Source: Antedon mediterranea (lineage: Eukaryota > Animalia > Echinodermata). Taken from it: a stretch of DNA of 64,000 bases. The DNA lies in assembly GCF_964355755.1 (NCBI RefSeq), contig NC_092676.1, positions 9,711,888 to 9,775,887 of the forward strand, given 5' to 3'. The position numbers and the translations under genes are program-made. Position 1 is the first letter of the stretch. Each line of letters begins with the position of its first letter. Of this stretch, positions 12,501-22,800 are shown one piece after another. Below the pieces are notes generated by a model, which was given only the letters and a program-made list of their open reading frames with translations, was not told the origin of the DNA and made no database searches.

Positions 12501-15500
12501 TCGCTCTCTTTTTATAGATTATTAGTTGCTAAATATGCAAAATGATGGGTCATAGCTCAAATTGACATTTCCAATTGAATTCTGACAAAATATTTTGTTA
12601 CAGCAAATATAAATGTGTATATTCTGAACAATTTGACACCAAACTGAACTTTTTAGGACAAATAGTTACCGAGATATCGACATATTCAAACATTAGAGGT
12701 CAAGGGTCAAAAAAGCTTAATTTATGGTAGTTTTTTTAAAAAAGTTTCCATTAGACTAAATATTAGATTTATTTTCTTAACATTTTGAGACCATTCTCAA
12801 ATCTCTGAGATTGCGCGTTATTGAGATATTAGGCGATCAAGGTCAAAGGTCAAACTCAAAAATAAAGCATTTGCGGCCATTTTTTTACAATTTTTTTCAT
12901 TGTAGCGAATATAAATATGTATCTTCCAAGCATTTTGACAACAAAATTAATGTAAAATGTCCATGCGTTGTCAAGATATGGCGATTTTTAGTTATATAAT
13001 AGAAAAATATAAAAATTGAGGTCAAAGGTCACAGAGGTCAAATCAGATTTCCAGTAACTTTGTTTTGGCATCTCCACACTATACTCTACCAAACTGCTAT
13101 ATTGAATAATTTGTATCCAGTCTGGTAACATCCCACCCCTTTTTCGCCCCTTAGGGACTGGACTAAGTAGCATCATTGTCAGAACAGACTACTTTTAACA
13201 TTAATTTTAGAATATCTATTATGTACGTAACAGGGCTAACACAAACGTCCACCAGCAGGGAATCCTCACCAGCATATAGACCTAGCTAGGCCTAGCTAGG
13301 CGACGAAAATTGTGTCAAGTTTACGAACATCAACAACATCTCTATAAACATAGGAAAATAACACTTATCAAAATGCAATACATTTATTGCAGAATACTTA
13401 ATAAATGTATTTACTTATAATTGTATTTTATGTTGATCAACACACTTTAGGATACGTGTTATTGGCAAAGGACAGCATGTATGAATTTAATTTTATGTTC
13501 GTAACAGGTGACACGATTATTCAGTGAGGGTAATTGGTAACGAACGTCAACAATGCATCAATTGACAGTCAGAACTACGTAATATAATACAACTTCACAG
13601 GAAATTATATTTATTTAAAATACAAAATCAACATGATGATTTTAAATTAAATTTCTTATTGTTAAAACAACTAAGATGTGTTTTATTTGGCAAAAAACAG
13701 ATGTTTACATTGATGTTCGTAACAGCTGACCCCAAAGTATCAGCTGAAAAAATGTTTGTTTACACCCAGGGAACTGTAAAAAACACTAAGTAAATTACGA
13801 TTTTAACATAAATTTCTACCATTAAGTAAAAAACCAAAGGTTATTATTACTGTAGTGTCCATAGATACTTATATTACAATAATATTTGAAAACATACCTT
13901 GATTGTGTTCCAACGTGATAGGATATTTGATAACAACAAAGTAATATGATGTGCGTAACACCGCGCAAAAAAAGTTGACACGAAAGGTGTTATCGTCTGT
14001 AGCAGTGACATTTGACCTGTATCCAGACGTTTTATTGTGTATATTAGTTGTACTGCTGGGGCTTCCTTATCAACGACCAGCGATGACAGACTAGCGCTCT
14101 GCACATGTGTTGTGGGCCTGGCCAATCTTCCAAATGACGTTCGTAACAAACTTGACACGACACACGTAAACATGTTTTGAATTGTTTTTTTAACTGATAT
14201 AAATAGCCATACAAAATTATTAAACTTGCCAATGTTTTAGTTAGATAAGATATAAATTACAAATAATTCGTTGATTGAATAAACCTGTGTTTACTCGCAA
14301 GCTAGCCCCATATGATGTTCGTAACATTTCTTGACACGACATGTTACGAACGTAAGCCTGTGTTTACCATTCGAATAAAATTACATAATTGCGATTTTTT
14401 CACATTCTCTAAAACGGTCTCATAGAGCAACACGTAATGCATAATGCACACACAAAAAACACATAAATATTATCATTGGTGACCTCTGAAAACATAATTT
14501 AGTTTTAGAAGATTTTTATGTCACAATTTGGTGTCTATTTTTTATTTTTTTATTACATTTATTAAGTTCCGAAAAAAATTCCGCTGGGGTTTCATTCTTA
14601 ATATTATCTTACATATTACCTATATCAACAACTTACATGATCGTAAAATATATGTACATTTAAATACATATAAGACTAAGTATCATATTTGTGCATATAT
14701 ATAATAGGGAGCCACATGTATTCTACATTTTTATTAAATCGTAATTTATGGATTTTACTTACTCGTTTTAAATTTAATATACTGCGGGCCCAATTTAATA
14801 TTTATTTATTTATTTCCAAGTACATTAATATTATGTAAAGCACTTTCAAATTAATAACAGCACATTTTGTGTGATTCACTTATTAATGGAACATACAAAA
14901 GGTAAAGAAATAGCAGAGGGGATAAACAAGGCAGAACAGCCTGGGTGGGTTTTTATGCTTGCTAGAAAAACAACGTCTAGTAAAATACAGCACCAATTTT
15001 TTTCATTCGCGAAAACTATGAACTAAATCATCATAGGGAATTTAATGTACATATACCGACTGAAAAAAAACCAAATTGTACACTAATTATTGAAGTCAAG
15101 ATGCTCCTGCCATCGTAAACGTATGCTATCGTCGTCTTGTAAAAAGAGGGACAGTCCCTTTTCGCTTGGTAATACGATGCAGTTTGTATACACGCGTCGT
15201 CGTATACGGATCGTATACGGATCGTATAATTAGGAAATTGTTTATAAATGATCGTATACGGTTCGTATATGTTTATTATGCGGGCAGGAACTTCCGAATT
15301 GACGTATACGTTTCGTATACGAAGTGGACTATCGTCGTCTTGTAAAAAGAGGGACAGTCCCTTTTCGCTTGGTAATACGATGCAGTTTGTATACACGCGT
15401 CGTCGTATACGGATCGTATAATTAGAAAATTGTTTATAAATGATCGTATACGGTTCGTATATGTTTATTATGCGGACAGGAACTTCCGAATTGACGTATA

Positions 15501-17165
15501 CGTTTCGTATACGAAGTGGACTTCCTATACGAAACATATACGAAACGTATGTAAATCGTATACGTTCGTATAGGGTTTTTTTGCAAAGGGAAGAACAGTA
15601 TATTTTGAAGGTAACATTGTATAAATAAAAATTGCAAAAAACAACATTACAATGTAAACTGTAATACGTTTGTCATGAATGTATGCATATACAGTATTTC
15701 TATCTGACCTAAGAATCAGAGCGTTTTACGCAAGGCATTGGAATGTTGATCGTTGTGTATCAACACCTTGTCTTTTAACGCCATTGATTACCGTACGTCT
15801 TGCGTTAAATAAAAACCGTGAGTTTGAACATACCCTTAATCTAAATGTTCATATATCTGTCGTGCACATTCACTCAATCTAAAAGTCCCTATTATCATGT
15901 CTTGAACAACGGCATTATATGATTTCAATAAGAAATATAAGAATTAACAGCTATTTTTACTCTTTTTTTCAAATGCGGCATGTAAGTTGAAGTGGGTGTT
16001 TATACTTACTTGGGCACTTTGCTGTCCTTGTGGTTGTTGAATGTATATTTGCTGAATCTGGCCAGCTTGACCACCAGCTGACTGGACCTGCATTTGTTGA
16101 GGAATCAGTTGAATCTGAAAAAATAAAATAAACAATTAGTAATTTATGTACCACTGCCAGGAATTACTAGTAAAAAAAAATTAGAACAGAAAGAGAGATA
16201 GCATTATGATGATGATATGCATTGTACTGGTAGACAGGTTGTGTTTGCAATAAACCAGTTAGGTACTGCACTCTATAAACAGAACAGTACAGCTAATCAA
16301 TGCAGTACTCATTAATAATAATAATAATAAATAATAATAATATCGAAAATTTATAAAGTAAAGTCTCACAGCGCAACATGAAAAGAATAACTATTTTGAA
16401 ATAGGGGGTTTTCAGGAGAGATTTGAATTGAAAGGGGATGGAGTGTAACGGAAGGAACGAGGAAGTTGGTTCCAGATCTCTCGTGCCTGAGCAAATAAGC
16501 ACTTAGGCATAGATTTAAGGTTGGTTCTATGTGGTGTTAGGATCCGTTTCAGAACGAAGACATATGGTTTAATAAGTTCAATAAGATAATGCGGAGCAGT
16601 GCCATAAAGACACTCGTATGAATATTGCAAGTATAGGTTTAATATTTATTAACAAATGGGATGGATGGGTCGTCGTAACTTTTTTTTTTTATCAACAAAA
16701 ATAACTTACTTGTTGGACATGGCCACCAGGGCCAGCAACCTGTAGTGTCTGGCCAACTTGTTGGATCTGCACTGCTTGTCCTTGGTTGCCTCCTGCCATC
16801 TGCACAGTTATTGGTTGATCCCCTGCCACGATCTGGTTACCACTCACTTGCACAACCTGACCCTGTATACAAATAAAATATACAAATGATTTTATAATTA
16901 TAATACTAAATAGTCCTTATATCCATTCCCATGAAGGTTGGTTACTCCTTGCAAAAACAATTTTAAAATAAGGTCATCTTCAATAAAATTTATTTCTTAA
17001 GAATAAAAAAATGACAACATCCCATTTACACCCACTTTTTCCCCTTACCTGTGCTGGTTGTTGAACCTGTTGTACTTGCACCTGCACCTGCTGACCTGAT
17101 TGGTTAGCCTGCAAAGCTTGTAACTGATCTGTGGTAATGCTCTGGGTCACTGAAGTACCATCCAT
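572..17165 (-). CDS. NFYA: Nuclear transcription factor Y subunit alpha (CBF-B/HAP2 family), spliced; final exon unresolved
   Basis: Coding exons 17165-17049, 16862-16710, 16114-16010, 2478-2388, 2089-1986, 1370-1194 and 676-572, all GT-AG and in phase. Gln-rich N-terminus, then [69 protein letters not shown], the NF-YA core domain. A donor at 571 implies one more exon. Confidence 0.96.
1405..1930. repeat. Degenerate intronic minisatellite (GGTATCAGTGATGGTGTT-like, ~18-bp unit)
   Basis: Repeated TGGTATCAGTGA/TGGTGTTGG units inside NF-YA intron 1371-1985. They generate the spurious GISDG-repeat ORF 1425-1832. Confidence 0.8.
6170..6293. repeat. Perfect 51-bp inverted repeat (124-bp hairpin / mini-MITE)
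   Basis: 6170-6220 is the exact reverse complement of 6243-6293, with a 22-bp spacer. Begins and ends with TA. Confidence 0.92.
6387..9824 (-). pseudogene. Sola2-like DDD transposase, 4 coding exons, single in-frame UGA at 7922-7920 (950 aa if read through)
   Basis: Exons 9824-7480, 7153-7029, 6912-6846 and 6702-6387 splice in frame (2853 nt). Motifs CLCEYC, CIDRTCDKCG, MDFGQNF...QDEAQSAHW...HPIVAYY...FISDDRKHD...FSDGSPVQYK...DFG*PVEKHIFGSRHGKGPCDG, plus a C-terminal YTWPSDED domain. Superfamily assigned from recalled motifs. Confidence 0.8.
11200..11850 (+). mobile_element. Highly decayed RTE-like LINE reverse transcriptase fragment
   Basis: Remnant motifs DYQKAFDSIK (~11625) and VRQGDT (~11738) in A-rich frameshifted sequence. 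Confidence 0.6.
12243..12509. mobile_element. MITE with a nested ~130-bp GTCTACACTATCAAA MITE
   Basis: Outer arms GAGAGGGGAGGTGGTTGGGGTGGATGGAGAGAC and its reverse complement. Inner TGTCTACACTATCAAAC...GTTTGATAGTGTAGACA at ~12299-12428; the inner family recurs at ~33935 and ~40612-40735. Confidence 0.7.
16310..16650 (-). mobile_element. 3' end of an L2/CR1-clade LINE
   Basis: LYGTAPHYLIELIKPY...WNQLP...FKSLLKTPYF remnant followed by a (TTA)n tail. Confidence 0.7.
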
Positions 17166-17992
17166 GACTTATAATGATATAGCACACCTTCTTAACAAAC
17201 ATAGACAAGACAAATTTTTTTAAATAACACAATTATCTAATATTAAAGAAAATCTATCTAGAAAATATGTAATGTGAATAGTGGAATGATGATAATATTT
17301 ATTATTAATATTAAATGCGGATTTGAAAAATTTAAAAAAATTGTTTTTTTCCATTTTGAAAATTAGTCATCAATTTGAAATTGGGCAAATAATTCCTTGT
17401 GGATACACATATTTCTAAACAGCTCCATTTTAAGTTTTTGAAATGTATCTCTGTTAATATAAAACCAGCACTTTCATGATTAAATCAACATTTATTAACT
17501 TCTAAATACAAAAACAAGACGGTAAGTTTAACATAAACTTCATAGAATTGTTATACGCAATTTGAAATTGTGCAAGGATTCATAATTGTATAATTTGTAT
17601 GCAATTTTTAGGAACAGCAATCCTCTCATTGCCGCCGTGTGGATGGTTGTTAATGTTGCTGAGAAGTGTCGATGGCGGGGCTTCCCCTTTATGCTTAGGC
17701 TTACTACGTTTTGTGTTTATTATTAATATTTTGTGTTCAACAAATTGGGCAGCGCAATTTGAAATTGCGCAAAGAAGTCTTTGCACAATTTCAAAGTGCG
17801 CATAACAGCATGCACACTAGGCCCTAGAATGCCTTTATGGCATTCTATACATATTGCATATTGCTGACGTAGTGTGTGGCCGACCTGACCATATTTTAAC
17901 TAGGCCTAGTTTCATTTAGTAGTCTAGACCTGACCTGACTTTTTTTAGCCATTATACTACTTATTTATATAATAGGACTAGGGCCTAGACCT

Positions 17993-19094
17993 GGATTAGG
18001 GTCGAAGTGGCCGCCAACCAAAGCGGCCGCTAGTTCAAGAACGGTAATCTGTATGGAACGCCGTGTGCGCTTTGATGGTCGCTGTTTTGTAATCTTTGAG
18101 ACATAAAGATTCGGCAATACCGTACGTACATTAGTAATGCAATACTGTATAAAGATTCGATAGTATATTGTAAATGAGATATAAAGATTCGGCAATACCA
18201 TAAGTACATTAGTAATGCAATACTGTATAAAGATTCGACAGTATATTGTAAATGAGATATAAAGATTCGACAGTACCATACGTAAATTATTAATGCAATA
18301 CTGAATATAGATTCGATAGGAGAGTGCTCGAGAAATGTCGGGTCAGTTCAACGTTATTTTTTCCCTTCACTACCGGTACCAATATATTAGAGAGAGAGAT
18401 ATAAAGAATTAATAGTACGTAAATGAGATATAAAGGGTCTGTAATTAGTTACGCGAATTTCTGCTAATAACTCAACTGGCGGCCAGGAATAGTGATGAAG
18501 AAGGTGCGCGTTTCTGGCGTATTCATCCCCACGTTGCTTTATTGAAAACACAAACAATGTATTAAAATGGAATAACACTTAAATGTATAACACACCCTAT
18601 TACTAATAATAAAAACCAAGATTCGATAGTACAGTATGTAATGAGGTATAAAGATTTGATAATATGTAAATGAGATATAACATAAGGATTCGGCAATACC
18701 GTACGTATACCGGTACCAATATATTAAAAAAGAGAGAGAGATATAAAGATTCAATAGTACGTAAATGAGATATAAAGGTTCAATAGTACGTAGATTATGA
18801 TGCAAGTGCAAATTATTAATGATTCGATAGTAATATATGTAAATATATTTCGATAGCATGTAAGTTAATATTAAAATACAAACAAAATATACATTGATTT
18901 ATCGGCAGGCAAACTTAATTAGAAATATAAAGATTCGATAGTACATGATTTGGCTTATATTTATTGGTTTGACCATACTCCTTTACTGTAACTCAACTAG
19001 CCATAGCGTTGACAACGACAATCAAAGATTAAAGCACACATGGTGTTCCATACAAATGACGATATTAAACTGGCGGCCACTTCGACCATACTCC
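17993..19094. mobile_element. GG...CC non-autonomous DNA transposon, 8-bp TSD (MULE-like), family A copy 1
   Basis: TIRs GGATTAGGGTCGAAGTGGCCGCC / GGCGGCCACTTCGACCATACTCC. Flanks CTAGACCT / CTAGACTT. Internal AAAGATTCG tandem units. Homologous to 48233-50451. Confidence 0.8.
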
Positions 19095-19439
19095 CTAGAC
19101 TTTTATTGTAGGCCTACTGGGGCTACGCTAGGCATTACATTGTAATAGCCTTGGTATTGGTTATGCTTACTACTGGCCTAGCTAGTAGCTAGCTAGGCTA
19201 AGCCTACCTAGGCCTCCTCTCTATCCACCCTGTCCACACCGACCACCACACCACTTCTCCCGGCCGGCGTCAGTCATGCTTTTTTATGACCGCTTTTCCA
19301 AGCGCCATATTTAACAATGGATCACCTCCCAAATTGTTTTATCTCGTATACAACAACTCATTGTAAGAATTATCAACAACAACAATCGTAACATTGACCA
19401 TCAGACTTTAAATCTTTTCACAAAATATCATTGTTTTTA

Positions 19440-19870
19440 TCGGAGACTTACCAGCGACAAAACGGTGAATGAAACTTTCCTGATTGGTTGCAAAACCGGA
19501 GACTTCTAGCCCGACAACGAATAGGAAATACCCCAGGACCAGAGATAGCCTATGAAAAAGACGCTCAGCACCGACCAATGGTAGCGCCCTGTTATAGAAT
19601 GCAAAAAGTGCATAAATTTGAGTGTATAAATGTAAATCAACCTTGTTAATCATTCAATTATTCTTGTTATTAACAATCTAAAATATATGTATTTATATCT
19701 CTCTTAATAAATATAAATATGACAATGCAGTCGTCACCAAAACAACAAAAAATCGACAATCTATGTACTGTTCTCTGTTACTATTTTAATGACTTTTGGC
19801 GTTTCATACGGAAATACCTCGTGACGACACAAGGTGAACATTTACATAATTTTCTGAATCGTAATCAAAC
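19440..19870. promoter_or_regulatory. Bidirectional promoter region NF-YA / SERGEF with CCAAT boxes
   Basis: ATTGG at 19483-19487 and CCAAT at 19575-19579. Minus-strand donor CTG|GTAAGT at 19452/19451 marks a likely NF-YA 5' UTR exon. SERGEF ATG at 19871. Confidence 0.6.
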
Positions 19871-22800
19871 ATGGCTGCGCCCTCGCGAGGTTTGTTTTCC
19901 TGGGTGAGTATTAATAAGTGTGTTGACATTGTTCGTAGTTTTATGTAAGGGAATAAACATATTCGTAAACAGATACATGCTGGCAAACAAACAATTGCCG
20001 TACCCTAGGCCTAGTAGTATATTTGCGAGCCTAACATTTGATCTAATAAGCCTAGGCCTAGGCTAGGCCTAATTATTAGAGTCTAGAGATAGGGCCAATA
20101 GTTTGCCATCATATAGTAAACGTGCATCCTCTATAGTATAAATAATTTTAAAACCCATCTTGAAACACACTGGAAAACCCACAACCTAAAGTTTGAGCCA
20201 TATAACCAAGATGTTCAAAGAGGGACTCACAAACCTTAACAAAACAGGTTTATAGTCTAAAGGTCAAGGTAAATCAGGCTAGCCTAGCCTCTACTAGAGG
20301 AGGCCTACGCTCTCCTTTTTTCACTCTCAATCTCATTCAGCGGGTGTCTCGAAAACAGAGACCTGGAAAACAGAGACCAGAGACCCGAGACCCAGGGTCT
20401 CTGTTTTCGAGAAAATCTCGAAAACAGAGACCCCCACTAAAACGTCTCAATATTAAGTAAATATTACGTTATATAGGGGTCTCTGTTTGGTGTCAGATGA
20501 AATCGGTCGCGCTTGAAATCGGTCGCGTTTGAAATCGGTCGCGATAAAATCAACTTCCGGTATTTTGTATGGCGCGCCGCTAGAGCTGTACCTTTGATGA
20601 TATCGGTCGCGTTTGAAATCAGTCGCGCTATTTTGTATGGATCGAGCGGGATGCATGCTAGAGCGGGATATACATTTTTCGTTTATATAGTTAATTGATA
20701 TTTTATAGGAACTAGATTATTTATGTGGATATTTTTTACTTGGTTAATAAATATTTATTATCAATCATTAAATTAATTTTTCAAAATGGCCATTTCTAAA
20801 CACGTTTAAATATTATATTAGGCATAATGTTATATTAGGCATATAATAATTTACCTAGGACCACAATGGAAATTTAGGACCACAATGGAAATAAGTTTGC
20901 CGTCTCGGTACTTTTTTGTGTTTTTATCCTATTGATTTTATATCAGAATAAAGAAATAAAAATAAAAATAAAATACCTCTATTTATATGTACTGTAATTA
21001 ATATATTATATAGAGAATATACGTCTGTCGTGTCTTTTATTATGCAAACAATTACGTAAAAGAGAACAATTTATTTAAAAACAATAATTTTTACAATATA
21101 GCCCGTAAAGCCAGCGTATCCATTTTTATACTTATGCATATATGTGGCAGAGTATATCATATCCATGTCGTTAACAACATACTATTCGATCACCTTATTT
21201 TTATTTCTATCCGTTATGTAGGATAATATTAAGTATATAATGAATATTGTTGAGGCAAATCACGTGTATATTTTTATTTCTAATGTTTAAAATAGTTTTT
21301 AGTAAAATGATCATTATATGCGGATGGTTAAAAGGCGAGTTACTGAAATAAACCCCCGAATAAGCCATATCGACGGAGATGCGCCTTCTATGATCGTGAA
21401 GCTGTTTCCTCTAACAATACGTTATTTTGCTGACGGGGTTTCCCCTTTTTAAAAAACACGCACTTGTTAGTGTATCAACTCATGGACAAAACACGTACGA
21501 TCGTTGTCCATGGCGAGATAAAGATGACGTCTATTACTAATAACCATAACGTCTATAGGCCTCCTGCACGTGTTTTTGTGAAACGATTCAATGAGCTATA
21601 GATGCTCGACGCGATTATGAGATTATGTTCATTCATTCATTATTTAGCCTTTAAAATCGAAATACATTTAAAACGTAGGTAACAAAATCAAGACACATGG
21701 AAATCTAAGGAGGCAAGGATAAGCAAAAGCAATTAAAGTCGCTGCTCACAGGCTTGCTATATATCCATAATAATTCCGAATAAAGTACTGTTTCTATAAT
21801 TTGACAGTATGATTTATATATAATTTACGTAAATACGTCGGCGATACTATATATTTTAATTTGAATATCTTTTATTTCTTCATTTATAATAATCATTTAA
21901 TGTAAATAATTAAGTAAGTGCAACTCAGTGTCTCGCATTCATACGCCGTTTAGTAAATCTAGGCCTAAATGTTTAAATATCAGTGCAGATTACCTCTTTG
22001 AGAATCGTGTTCACCTTTATCTATCATTGTACATCATAGTCCTACTGTAGGCCGGTAGATTGATTTATAACGGCATATTATCTATATATTTTATTAATAT
22101 CCTAAAACCATACGTAATTGTTTGCATAATAAAAGACACGACAGACGTACTGTATATTCTCTATATAATATAATTACAGTACATATAAATAGAGGTAAAT
22201 TATTATATGCCTAATATAACATATGCCTAATATAATATTTAAACGTGTTTAGAAATGGCCATTTTGAAAAGACACAGTCCTTCTCCGAGACCTGTGAAAT
22301 ACAAAAAAAAATTAATTTAATGATTGATAATAAATATTACCAAGTAAAAAATATCCACATAAATAATCTAGTTCCTAAAAAATATCAATTAAATCTATAT
22401 AAACGAAAAATGTATATCCCGCTCTAGCATGCATCCCGCTCGATCCATTCAAAATAGCGCGACCGATTTCAAACGCGACCGATTTCAAACGCGACCGATA
22501 TCATCAAAAGTATAGCTCTAGCGGCGCGCCATACAAAATAACGGAAGTTGATTTTATCGCGACCGATTTCAGACGCGACCGATTTCATCGTAAACCCTCT
22601 GTTTTTGAGAAAAACTCGAAAACAGAAACCCCCACTAAAACGTCTCCATATTACGTTATATAAGGGGTCTCTGTTTTCGAGAAAAACTCGAAAATAGAGA
22701 TCCCCACTAAAACGTCTCATTATATTGGGGGTCTCTTTTTTTGAGATTTCCCGAGACCCCCTAATATAATCCCTGTTTATTAAGAAGAGTGTTGCAAATA

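Larger units (their letters stand above)
10104..13166. mobile_element. Foldback-type element with ~550-bp imperfect inverted arms rich in TGACCT(T)TGACC
   Basis: Left TTAGTCCGGTCCCTAAGGGG, right CCCCTTAGGGACTGGACTAA. Arms ~10104-10640 and ~12610-13166 share blocks such as CCAAAACAAAGTTACTGGAAATCTGATTTGACCTCTGTGACC. No clear TSD. Confidence 0.7.
5864..14540 (-). mobile_element. Sola2-like DNA transposon with decayed termini
   Basis: Left end GAATCATTCCATA...AAAAAATGTGACAT resembles the GGGTCATTCCATA...AAAAATGACAT terminus of the 27253 element. Partial inverted match ATGTCACAATTTGGTG at ~14518-14533. TGTTCGTAAC motif repeated near both ends. Carries the transposase. Confidence 0.6.
3431..15590. 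mobile_element. CACTA/EnSpm-like (CCC...GGG) non-autonomous element with CGTATACG subterminal repeats
   Basis: Left CCCTCTGCTAAAAAGCCGTATACGA matches the reverse complement of the right end, CCCTTTGCAAAAAAACCCTATACGA. 2-bp AA flanks. Dense palindromic CGTATACG arrays at 3447-3605 and 15190-15575, and a ~200-bp tandem duplication at 15127-15520. Confidence 0.7.
3055..15835. mobile_element. PIF/Harbinger-like non-autonomous element, outermost layer of the nested stack
   Basis: Left TIR GGGTATGTTCAGACTCACG at 3055, right TIR CGTGAGTTTGAACATACCC ending 15835. 3-bp TSD TTA (3052-3054; 15836-15838). Confidence 0.8.

Noticed and set aside
15031-15637. 168-aa ORF with an internal duplication
   Set aside because: Translation of CGTATACG subterminal repeats and a ~200-bp tandem duplication.
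17965-18859. Tyr/Ile-rich ORFs (also 48921-49196)
   Set aside because: Internal tandem units of a non-autonomous transposon with no protein motifs.
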